NCBI GenBank assembly: GCA_963811105.1
Contig: CAWEPZ010000011.1
Span: forward strand, 160,001 to 224,000
Length of the DNA: 64,000 nt
Direction: 5' to 3'
DNA from: Candidatus Bathyarchaeota archaeon
GTDB taxonomy: Archaea > Thermoproteota > Bathyarchaeia > Bathyarchaeales > Bathycorpusculaceae
The position numbers were made by a program, and so were the translations under genes. The stretch's first letter is position 1. Each line of letters opens with the position of its first letter. The notes beneath the pieces are model-generated. The model was not told the origin of the DNA. It saw only the letters and a list, made by a program, of their open reading frames with translations, and did not search any database. Of the stretch, positions 9,817-18,509 are shown piece after piece.

Positions 9817-10119
9817 TTACGTATCGGGATAGAGGTTAGGTCCCATCTTTTCTTCTTCAGGCGCGCTGGGCATCATACTGTCAGTTCTAACTGGCTGTGG
9901 AATAGTCAGTAAGGTTTGAGTTCGAAGTACTCCATTCACATGGTGTATTCCCTTAATTATGTTCCCCATATCATCCAAGTTCGAAAACTGTATCAAAACT
10001 ATCGCATCGAACTGTCCAGTCACCCCATACGCCGCCTTCACGCCTTCAACCTTGAGCACACCTTCCAGAACTTGCCACAAGATACCAGCTTCCAAGTTTA
10101 CTAGAATGAAAGCTTCCAA
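9817..10119 (-). CDS. Lrp/AsnC ligand-binding (RAM) domain protein
   Basis: AFILVN...GVKAAYGVTGQFDAIV...GVLRTQTL pattern; no HTH domain. Confidence 0.85.
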   Translation of the reverse strand: MEAFILVNLEAGILWQVLEGVLKVEGVKAAYGVTGQFDAIVLIQFSNLDDMGNIIKGIHHVNGVLRTQTLLTIPQPVRTDSMMPSAPEEEKMGPNLYPDT

Positions 10120-10224
10120 ATTGCCTTCCTCAAGATCAAATAACGTGGACTAATGATAAATCTGTTACTCAGAGACACGCGCTTAGAGTGGCTGGGAGGG
10201 TGACTTGAGTGATTGTATTGGAGT

Positions 10225-10238
10225 TCTCTACCATATAG
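10225..10238 (+). repeat. 14-bp direct repeat TCTCTACCATATAG, copy 2
   Basis: Identical to 5825-5838. Confidence 0.6.
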
Positions 10239-10492
10239 ACTATGTAAAACCTATTCTTTTCGCTAAAAAAAATGTTAATCTTTTTTTTGATGACCCAAAG
10301 AAAGCAAATTCAAAATTTCCAAACCGATAAGCGAAAAAATCTAACATTTTTTGTGGTTTTGAACAAGGATTGTTGTGTGGTAGCCGAGTTACAGACTAGA
10401 TTACATTGAGAAACGTTTTTCAGTTTAACTAAAAAGTAGCGACTCAGCTTATATCTGAAGGCAAGTTAACAATAGTAATCAAAACAAAAGAA

Positions 10493-11704
10493 GTGCACTG
10501 CATGGAAAAGTTTCAGTTAGCCATTTTCAATACTCAGCCACCTAACCGCTATTTCGGGGGAGTCGAAAGACGCATAATTGAAACAACAAAGCGATTAAAA
10601 AATGAAGCTGACATCACCGTTTACAGCGGAACCAAGGCTGGTTTCAAAGAACCAACCACAATCAACGGTGTGAGGTTAGTTCCGTGTTATTCAACGGACA
10701 GAATTTTTCCTTTAGACAATTGGTTTTTCAACCGAAGCCTAACAAAAAAAGCCGCCGACATCAACGCGGACGTTTATGAAGCCCACGCAGTAAGCGGTTA
10801 CGGATTAGCAAAAGCACTTCAAAAGCAAGGCACTAAAAGGCCATTTATCCATACTATTCACGGGGTCCTCGCAGATGAATATGAACAAACGAGAAAGAAT
10901 GGGTATGATTCTTTCAGGGATGGGGTTGCCAACTATTTTATGCATCGGCTGGCGAAACTGGAAGCTGAAACTGCACAAAACGCTTCTATGATTGTTACAA
11001 TTAGCCAGTACTCACTTGGTAAAATCGAGCAGTTTTACGGAATCGATAAAGAGAAAGTGAGGATTGTTCCAAATGGCGTTGACCCGGAAAAATTCAAGCC
11101 CGTTGCAAATCGAAAAGCGAATAGAGCTCAGTTTGGATTAGGCGAAGAGCCATGTGTGCTTTTTGTAGGCAGTTTAATTCCACGGAAAGGGTTACCATTT
11201 CTGCTTGAAGCCGCTAAGAAAGTCGTTAAGGAACAAGTTAAAACGAAGTTTCTAATCGTGGGGGAAGGACCACTAAAAGACCAGCTACTTAGCACTCTTG
11301 AGGCCGCGAATCTGGCGTGCAACTTCAAGTTTTTGGGCAAAGTCAAAGATGAGGTTCTTCCGGCCCTATATAACTGCGCTGACGTGTTTGCGTTGCCGTC
11401 GATTCAGGAGGGTCAGGGTATTGTTCTGCTTGAAGCAGAATCGACAGGTAAGCCGGTTGTGGCTTTTGATGTGGGCGGAGTTAACGAGGCTTTCCGCAAC
11501 GGCGAGACCGGTTTGCTTGTTAGGCGTGGCAGCACCGATGAGTTTGCAGATGCATTGTTGAAGCTTCTTTCTGATGCGGCACTCCGAGAAAAGATGGGCG
11601 TTAATGGCAGAGACTTTGTTGTGAAAAACTTTACTTGGGACATTTGTGCCCAAAGAATGCTACAGGTTTATCGTGAAGCGTTAGCTAATGTTAACGTTCA
11701 CTGA
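10493..11704 (+). CDS. Glycosyltransferase family 4 (GT-B)
   Basis: GGVE near the N-terminus, HTIHG, VPNGVD, FVGSL..RKG, and the E-x7-E motif EGQGIVLLE. Confidence 0.93.
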   Translation: MHCMEKFQLAIFNTQPPNRYFGGVERRIIETTKRLKNEADITVYSGTKAGFKEPTTINGVRLVPCYSTDRIFPLDNWFFNRSLTKKAADINADVYEAHAVSGYGLAKALQKQGTKRPFIHTIHGVLADEYEQTRKNGYDSFRDGVANYFMHRLAKLEAETAQNASMIVTISQYSLGKIEQFYGIDKEKVRIVPNGVDPEKFKPVANRKANRAQFGLGEEPCVLFVGSLIPRKGLPFLLEAAKKVVKEQVKTKFLIVGEGPLKDQLLSTLEAANLACNFKFLGKVKDEVLPALYNCADVFALPSIQEGQGIVLLEAESTGKPVVAFDVGGVNEAFRNGETGLLVRRGSTDEFADALLKLLSDAALREKMGVNGRDFVVKNFTWDICAQRMLQVYREALANVNVH

Positions 11705-12217
11705 TTTTGCTAACCGCCTTAAATCGTTCTCGCTCATCCATTCAGTTTTCAGATAGCAGCTGATTCTTTCCTCGCTTAACCCAATTCGTCTTGCTTCTTG
11801 AACGGCGTAGCAATATGCTTCAATTTCTGTTGGTCGATCCACGTAGTCATAGCGGGGGTCAAAGAGTTCTTTTCCTTCCATATACTGCTTGACGTGGCAA
11901 AGCTCATGGATTAAGTCAAGGTAAATGTCAGTTTTGTCGCCGTTGTTTAGGTAGTTTTTGCTTATTACAAGGTGGCCGTCTGAACCGTCCACGTACATGT
12001 AGCCGAAAATCCAGCTAAGCTCCACCGTAAGGTGGCTTAGAACTTCATCGGTTTTTTCCCCAAAAATGCCTTTTACAGCTTCAACTTTTTCGAAGTCTTT
12101 GAAGTACTCGGCGAAAATTACCTTTTGATTTCCAACCCCAAGTATGTTAAATGGGAGTTTTCTAAACAAACGCAGTATCTTAAATGCCACGTATTCTATT
12201 GCTGTCAAAGCATGCAT
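11681..12217 (-). CDS. Hypothetical zincin-like protein with HExxH motif
   Basis: LIHELCHVKQ plus a downstream E-x-E-A-Y (PTEIEAY) that could supply the third zinc ligand. Confidence 0.7.
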   Translation of the reverse strand: MHALTAIEYVAFKILRLFRKLPFNILGVGNQKVIFAEYFKDFEKVEAVKGIFGEKTDEVLSHLTVELSWIFGYMYVDGSDGHLVISKNYLNNGDKTDIYLDLIHELCHVKQYMEGKELFDPRYDYVDRPTEIEAYCYAVQEARRIGLSEERISCYLKTEWMSENDLRRLAKSVNVNIS

Positions 12218-12223
12218 CTGCTC

Positions 12224-13588
12224 CTATTTAAAAGCTGAAAGGTGCTCAAGCTTCATTCCTCGATGTGCCAAGTCTGGAAGGTCTTCTACGCTTCCTATGC
12301 TGGCGTCAATGTTACGGTGGATCGGGTGGCTCCAAATGCCTTCAGGTGAAAGATTAAACTGCAAGGGAACATCTACTTTAAGACCATATTTTTCAATTAA
12401 ATTCTTAATTAATCTTCCTTCTCGACAGGCTATACGACCAGAACGATAGCTCTGCAGCAGCTGTGGAGCTGCAAATGCGCCAACACCATGCCAAACAGTC
12501 GCATCCTCAGGAGAGCCAATCGAGTAAAGGAAGAACTGGGGAGAAGAAGGCGTTTCAGCGTAACTGTAGTCAGCAAGTTTTTCGCCGGGTACAGTGAAGC
12601 TGTCATCGCACACTGCTACGGCTATGTCTTCAGGGTCCATGGCGTTAGGGTAGAGTTTGGTTGTTTTGTATTTAATGGTTGCATCAAGTAATTTGCCGTT
12701 TTCAAAGTGTAGTTTACCGCGGGCAGCACGTTTAGAACCAAACCCCTTTTTGGAATGCGGGATTGTTAAGAGAGTTGTGCGGTTTTTCAAGCTGCGACCC
12801 ATGCATGTGTATGCTTCTTCAATGGACGCGTAATCATGGTTACTTTCTTGAATTATGTGATGTAGCAAACCGTCTTTGGTTTCTGTTTTCAAGGTTGAAA
12901 GCGGCATACGCAACGTGTAAAGTGAAAGATCCATTCCGAAGAACTCTGACAAATCTTTTAGTTGGTGGTACTTGATGGAATCTACCAGATCAAGATATGA
13001 ACCGTTGCTATCTCTCAGGCTTTCCGTAATGAGCGTGCCTTCTTTTTGGGATATTAGACTGCCATCATATTTTTTGACGTATGCGTCGTCAATCTTGAGT
13101 TGGTCAGTTTTGACATTGGCCGCTGGAAACGCACTTTGTCCACTATCGACGATTGACTGTTTGAGTGGATTCATGGAATATCGGTCGGGCTCCACATCGT
13201 CAGTGTTTAAAAGGAAAGGCACAATGTAGCCTTGCGTAGGTTTCTTTAGCAATTCTGCAAGCGCAACTACGTCTCCGTCGTCTGGCCTGCGCAAACCGCG
13301 CTCATAAAAGTAGTTGGCGCAGGTTTCAAGCAGTCGTGTGCCGACTAATCCTTGGACCTCCTCGACCGTCAACTGTGGATTAGTGTATTCAACCGAGCCG
13401 CGCAAATAGAACCGTTCATCTGAGAATGGAAAAGAAACTTTCTTGTCGTTAACATATCGGAACAACGTTACTTTGCGATTGCTGTTCTTGCCTTTTGCAG
13501 CAGCGGCTCCTTCAACTAGAACCTTAACAGTTGAAAAGGAAGATTTCAAAAAATCCTCAAGCAAAAATCTGCAGTAGTCTTCACTCAT
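12224..13588 (-). CDS. Hypothetical protein (454 aa)
   Basis: Long clean ORF tightly spaced (4-6 nt) between its neighbours; no family recognised. Confidence 0.8.
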   Translation of the reverse strand: MSEDYCRFLLEDFLKSSFSTVKVLVEGAAAAKGKNSNRKVTLFRYVNDKKVSFPFSDERFYLRGSVEYTNPQLTVEEVQGLVGTRLLETCANYFYERGLRRPDDGDVVALAELLKKPTQGYIVPFLLNTDDVEPDRYSMNPLKQSIVDSGQSAFPAANVKTDQLKIDDAYVKKYDGSLISQKEGTLITESLRDSNGSYLDLVDSIKYHQLKDLSEFFGMDLSLYTLRMPLSTLKTETKDGLLHHIIQESNHDYASIEEAYTCMGRSLKNRTTLLTIPHSKKGFGSKRAARGKLHFENGKLLDATIKYKTTKLYPNAMDPEDIAVAVCDDSFTVPGEKLADYSYAETPSSPQFFLYSIGSPEDATVWHGVGAFAAPQLLQSYRSGRIACREGRLIKNLIEKYGLKVDVPLQFNLSPEGIWSHPIHRNIDASIGSVEDLPDLAHRGMKLEHLSAFK

Positions 13589-13592
13589 AATT

Positions 13593-14432
13593 TTAACCTC
13601 TCTCTAAAGATTCAGCCAAGTATATACAATTTCTTGCCATAGATCGACCTAAAAACATCCGTAAAACCGAAAATTCTTCCTTAAACCCAAATTTAATAAG
13701 CACGTCAGAGATTTCAATCTCCTTTTTTGGCAGCGCCACATAAACACTTTTGCCACTCAATTTTGCGAGAACTGATTTCAAAAGCAAACATGCACCATCA
13801 GTTCTACCTTCTTGGCACACCAATGGTCCAACCCAAGCCATTTTCTCGTAAACCGTAGAAGCAACATACCCAACAATTTTTTGGCCCTCAGCCAAATAGT
13901 AGCATAAATTTCCTTCTTCATAAATAATGGATCTTAAGAGCTTTTTTCTGTCGCCGCCAAAACATGCGTTGTCAAACTTAATTATCGACTGAACTGCTGT
14001 TGTGGTTGGCTGCAACAGAGTCTCGGCATGCGATGATTGAAGCGTTTCTACACTTAGAACAGAAAAGTCTTCGTCCCTTTTGAAGCCTTGGCGTCCGTAA
14101 AAGTTAAGGAGGTTTGGGTAAGCGTAGAGCCCAATGGTTTTGACTCCTCTGCTTTGCAAATAATCAACAGCGCGCTTGACAAGTAGACTTCCAGCTCCTT
14201 TGTTTCGAAATTCTTCTTTAATAATTAGGTTACCGAACCAGCCGACCTTTCCGAAGCTGATACATGTTGCTATTCCTATTTGTTCAGAACCATCAAAGAG
14301 AACAAAACATCCTTGAGGCTCAAGATTAAGCATATACGCAAAGTCTTCAGGAACCATATTCCAATTCATAGTATTGGCTAATTTGGCTGCAAACAGAAAA
14401 TCAGCGGCGCTCATCGGTTTGACTTGAAGCAT
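13593..14432 (-). CDS. Tandem GNAT N-acetyltransferase (YitH-like)
   Basis: Acetyl-CoA motif FRNKGAG, LYA...FYGRQGF, and a second domain with FGGDR and VGPL. Confidence 0.88.
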   Translation of the reverse strand: MLQVKPMSAADFLFAAKLANTMNWNMVPEDFAYMLNLEPQGCFVLFDGSEQIGIATCISFGKVGWFGNLIIKEEFRNKGAGSLLVKRAVDYLQSRGVKTIGLYAYPNLLNFYGRQGFKRDEDFSVLSVETLQSSHAETLLQPTTTAVQSIIKFDNACFGGDRKKLLRSIIYEEGNLCYYLAEGQKIVGYVASTVYEKMAWVGPLVCQEGRTDGACLLLKSVLAKLSGKSVYVALPKKEIEISDVLIKFGFKEEFSVLRMFLGRSMARNCIYLAESLERG

Positions 14433-14520
14433 AAAAATTAAACGGTAAATCTAGGAATTAAGCGTTTGAAAAAAGGCGAAGCCTTCTATCCTGTTGACAA
14501 TGATAAACAAAGCTTCACAA

Positions 14521-14942
14521 CTAATTATCTCCAACAGTTTCTTGAGAAACAAGTAATCCGTAATAGTTGAAGCATTTATCCTTTTTTTTGGAGGTCAACA
14601 TAACATAATAACCGTTGAATCTAGCAATCGTAAAATCTAAGCGCAATTCTTTTTTGGTTGCAAGTATTTCTTCTATTAGAACTTGTTTAACTGGAAAACT
14701 CTTCATTTCTGCTCCCGTAAGTCGCGTTAAGGCACTTTGCGCCTCAGGTAACGAATTGGCAGGTATTATCCCGCCAGTTTTCCCTCTTCCGATGACGGGA
14801 ACCTGAGCCTTAACCATGTAGGGAAGGTTTAGAATTACTCAATATAGGAACTGTCTGCTTGGAGTCAGAGATTAAAATTCCTTGGAATCGGGATTCGTTG
14901 CCTTAGCAGCACTTGCTTTGTCTCAATCTCAATTAAGTTCAA
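14521..14942 (-). pseudogene. sucC: Succinyl-CoA synthetase beta subunit (ATP-grasp) 5' fragment, frameshifted and truncated
   Basis: Stitched across frames: MNLIEIETKQVL..IPIP/ILISDS...YMVKAQVPVIGRGKTGGI...PVKQVLIEE. This matches the SucC pattern MNL.E.EAK...VKAQV..GGRGKAGG...VLVEE. Confidence 0.8.
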
Positions 14943-15103
14943 AATTATTAATAATTTTGCAATTGAGAGATAAGAATTTTTTTGGTTTAGCGTGCATGCT
15001 TCCAATGGGCAGCACTTCAGCCCGTTTAGAACTCTACGCTTATCAGAGTGAAATTCATACTACCCATAAGGTGATATAGTAAACAACTGGTTGATAAGGA
15101 AAA

Positions 15104-15878
15104 ATGCATGTTTCCCAAATAAGGAATGTCTCAGATATCGATTTTGTCTTCCCAGTTGGCTTCTCGTTCTTTGAACCTTATCTTCAATATCATATCAAAG
15201 AGATTCTTGAAATAGGCGGCGAGGTCTATGTATCAAAAACCTCTGAGGGCATTATTTCAGGTATTTTCATTTATGACGACTTTGAGAAAGGAGGAACAAT
15301 TTACACAAGATCGAGGGAATTGTTTGACTACTTTTATGGTTTAAAACAGTTCAATTTTCTCTTCTCAGAGATGAAAACTGAGCTTGAAAATGAAATCTAT
15401 GATATTTATACCATAGACATCAAACACCTTGCCCTTGCTCATAGATTCAGGTATGAAATTTCTACAATGGACAATGGAAACGTAGGTGAGATAGAACAAT
15501 TCATGTCTTCAACCCATCAAGGCATAAACAAGAAGTGGGTAAAAGTTGCACTCAAAAACAGAGACAGGTGCTACATTGTCAGACTAAGCAACGAAATTGC
15601 TGGGTTGGGTTGGGTTTCACTTGTCAACGGTATTGGAAGACTACACTCTCTTTACGTGAAACCTCAATACAGAAGAATAGGCATAGGAGAAGATATCCTC
15701 AATGCACGACTTCTCTGGCTCAAAGTCAAACCATGCCCATTCAGCATTCACTGAAATTTCACACTATAACATCCCATCTTCAAATAATGTCATGAAAGCC
15801 CAAATGAAAGTATCTGGACAGGTTTTTCAGTATTTTAAGAAGGACTTGGACAAAAAGAAGGAACTGAAAAATCAGTAA
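15104..15878 (+). pseudogene. GNAT family N-acetyltransferase with a frameshift near 15722
   Basis: SLYVKPQYRRIGIG motif. The GNAT C-terminus (SNHAHSAFTEISHYNIPSS...KVSGQVFQY) continues in the +1 frame to TAA at 15876-15878. Confidence 0.75.
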
Positions 15879-15883
15879 GATAT

Positions 15884-16951
15884 CTAGGTTCTAGGAGCAC
15901 CACATATAGGACAAGTTTCAGCTGTAGAGTCTATAAGTGCTCCACAGTAGCGGCACTTAACCTTCACAACCTCCTTAATCACAATCTGCTGTACTTGCGG
16001 TTGCTTTGGAGTTAGATCGATTCTCTCTGGAGGGGGACTTGGCGGAGGAGGCTGTTGTTGGTACGGATGTTGGGGAAGAGTTTTTCTGCTTATTCTTGAA
16101 AATGCATAAATCAGAATTACAATGATAACAATAACTAAGATAACTAGGGCTAGTCCTGCTATGAAACCAATATATAGGATTGGTTGTGGAGTTGTTCCGC
16201 CGGGGTTGCTGACTGCCGGGCTTGGAGTTTCGCCACCTGTATTGTTTGGGAATGCAGCTGTTAGTGGATAGCTAGTTGAATTCACATACAGGTTTTCGGT
16301 GTAGGTGAACCCTGTTCCTGAAATGTTGGTATCTTGTTCATCATAGCTATATCCTACAATATATCCCGTGGACGGGTCAAAATAGGCTTTCCATATATAG
16401 GTGGCACTGAATTGCCCGTATACGTCGTTCCGCTCGTATACCGACTGTCCTTGAGCAAAGATCACGTTCACATTTCTGCCTTGGGACGTAAGATAGTAGC
16501 TGTAATTTTCGGATATGACTGTCATCTCTGTGTTCAGAAGAGAAAAGGTACCGCCCACAGGAATTGAGTTATCCATAACGAACCAGACAGTCGGATTAGT
16601 ATATCCTGTCTGGTCGTCAGTTCCATTAACATAAAGAAAAGTAACTGGTGAGAATGTGAAATCTCCAGAAGGATTCCCCGTTTCTGTTGTGCCTGTGCTG
16701 TTACTCCAGGTGTAGGAGTAACTATAGTGGGCGGATACAGTTCCTTCAGTATTTACGCCATTCATTGTTTCTATTCCGTTATATGTTGCATGTTCGCTAT
16801 ATCCAGTGTAATCGCCTGTGCCACTTCCAAGATCTGTTACCTCGTAGTAGCTGAAGTGGTCTCCGACATGGGGAACGTAGGCTGCAGCGACAGGAGCAAC
16901 AAATAGAGCCAAGAAAAGTGAAAGTATTATTACAAAGGACTTTGAGTTCAT
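15884..16951 (-). CDS. Single-pass membrane protein with extracellular Tyr/Thr/Ser-rich domain and C-terminal zinc ribbon
   Basis: Signal peptide, many N-x-S/T sequons, TM helix (ILYIGFIAG...ILIYAF), P/Q-rich linker, CRYC-x10-CPIC. Confidence 0.85.
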   Translation of the reverse strand: MNSKSFVIILSLFLALFVAPVAAAYVPHVGDHFSYYEVTDLGSGTGDYTGYSEHATYNGIETMNGVNTEGTVSAHYSYSYTWSNSTGTTETGNPSGDFTFSPVTFLYVNGTDDQTGYTNPTVWFVMDNSIPVGGTFSLLNTEMTVISENYSYYLTSQGRNVNVIFAQGQSVYERNDVYGQFSATYIWKAYFDPSTGYIVGYSYDEQDTNISGTGFTYTENLYVNSTSYPLTAAFPNNTGGETPSPAVSNPGGTTPQPILYIGFIAGLALVILVIVIIVILIYAFSRISRKTLPQHPYQQQPPPPSPPPERIDLTPKQPQVQQIVIKEVVKVKCRYCGALIDSTAETCPICGAPRT

Positions 16952-18504
16952 CCCATGAAACCTCCTACACCATGCACATGTGCAGGATGATAGCCGCCAA
17001 TGCCGCTGTATGTCGAATGGTAAGATGAGTGTGCAATAATAAGAGGCACATGGTAGATGAAGAAAACGTTTGTTGGAATATAAATAAACTGCACTGGAGT
17101 CTTCACAATAGTTGCGGTTGGATCAAGTTCCTTTACAAGTTCATTTTTGATTCCATGAATCATCCTAACTGCAAGACTTACCACTTCAGAGCGTTCAAGA
17201 TCTTTAACATAAGACCCAAGCAAAAAAGATGCCTTTTCCATCAGGTCAAGAGTCTCATTAGCTTCAAGAGTTGATATTGAAGCAAGTATTGCAGAAGCCA
17301 CAAGTGGATACTCAAGATAATTCCTAAGCCCATTTTCAATTATTGTTAACTTCGACTTCACGTCTTCCGGCCCTAAATCGGAAATCGCTAAATAGGCCGA
17401 AGCAAGCTCGGTATCCTCTGATAGCTCAAATCCCCAAGAATTAAAAAGAAATCTGAAGGATTGGAACTTGCTAGCCAATTGGTCTGACGGCACATTAAAT
17501 ATCGAGAGTATTGCAGCTGACTCGTAAGAAGAAGTCATTTTGGAAAATTCCATAAATCGGTCAGTGGGAAAAGTACCGTCATATCTCTGCCCAAACAGAA
17601 TAGTGGCAGCAACGCCGACTGAAATCGGATCAGGAACGTGCGCGTCATGCCTTAGTTGGTGGTCTATTTTAGATAAGCGGTCCGATAAGTTCTGAAGATC
17701 AGAATTTGTTGTCGTTTGAGAGGGATCTGCCCTAGAGGCAGCCATAATTTCCCCTGTCATCATCTTATTTTCAAGAGTGCAATCGAAATGGCGGAGGAGG
17801 TCAAGTGCAAAAAGAAACCTTTGACCAATTTGGTTTGGGTCGCCTTGAAGCTTGGCCAAACCTATCGATATGCTCCAGAGCTGAGAGAGGTCCATTTCTG
17901 GGAAACTGATTTTAAGATTAGAGACGTGATAGCTAGCTCTCTCCGCTATGTATCGCAATTCGCCGAAGGTAGTTTGGATTTCTTCAATAAAATCGAGAAA
18001 TTCCTCATCAGAAACTCTGTAATTTCTTACGATGAGATCGTTTAGCATCATTATTCCAACACCCGTAAGCGACAAATATTTTCCATCATATTGTACCATC
18101 CTGTCCATTTTGGATTTCTTGTGAATTAGTTCGTTAATCTTGGCTTCTCTTTCAGTTATGTCAACGTCCATTTTTGAGACTATGGATTTTTCGTTTTCTA
18201 CTTTTTCCCGTTCAGCTTCTTTATTCTCTTTGTCTTCAAAAAGAAATGTGATTGAATGAGTTTTCTTCTCCTCTTCTTGCAGAGCGATCTTTGCGCTCCT
18301 GTCGGCATTCGTTGCATTGACCAAGTCTATATTCATCTGTGTCAAGTTTGAAACTTCGGCTACTGCCTTATCATAATCTTCTTTTTGCATTGTTGAGAGG
18401 TAGCCTTTGTTGCTGAGAAAATCCATGTCGGACGGTTGAACCTGCATCGAAACGGATTTTTCAGCTATTTGGGTGAAGAACGTTCTTACGTCGTTGCATT
18501 TCAT
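16948..18504 (-). CDS. Hypothetical helical protein with N-terminal coiled coil and His/Gly-rich C-terminus
   Basis: 518-aa ORF, E/K-rich heptad region (~aa 40-135), C-terminus HSSYHSTYSGIGGYHPAHVHGVGGFMG; ATGA overlap with the next gene. Confidence 0.8.
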   Translation of the reverse strand: MKCNDVRTFFTQIAEKSVSMQVQPSDMDFLSNKGYLSTMQKEDYDKAVAEVSNLTQMNIDLVNATNADRSAKIALQEEEKKTHSITFLFEDKENKEAEREKVENEKSIVSKMDVDITEREAKINELIHKKSKMDRMVQYDGKYLSLTGVGIMMLNDLIVRNYRVSDEEFLDFIEEIQTTFGELRYIAERASYHVSNLKISFPEMDLSQLWSISIGLAKLQGDPNQIGQRFLFALDLLRHFDCTLENKMMTGEIMAASRADPSQTTTNSDLQNLSDRLSKIDHQLRHDAHVPDPISVGVAATILFGQRYDGTFPTDRFMEFSKMTSSYESAAILSIFNVPSDQLASKFQSFRFLFNSWGFELSEDTELASAYLAISDLGPEDVKSKLTIIENGLRNYLEYPLVASAILASISTLEANETLDLMEKASFLLGSYVKDLERSEVVSLAVRMIHGIKNELVKELDPTATIVKTPVQFIYIPTNVFFIYHVPLIIAHSSYHSTYSGIGGYHPAHVHGVGGFMG

Positions 18505-18509
18505 TCCAA

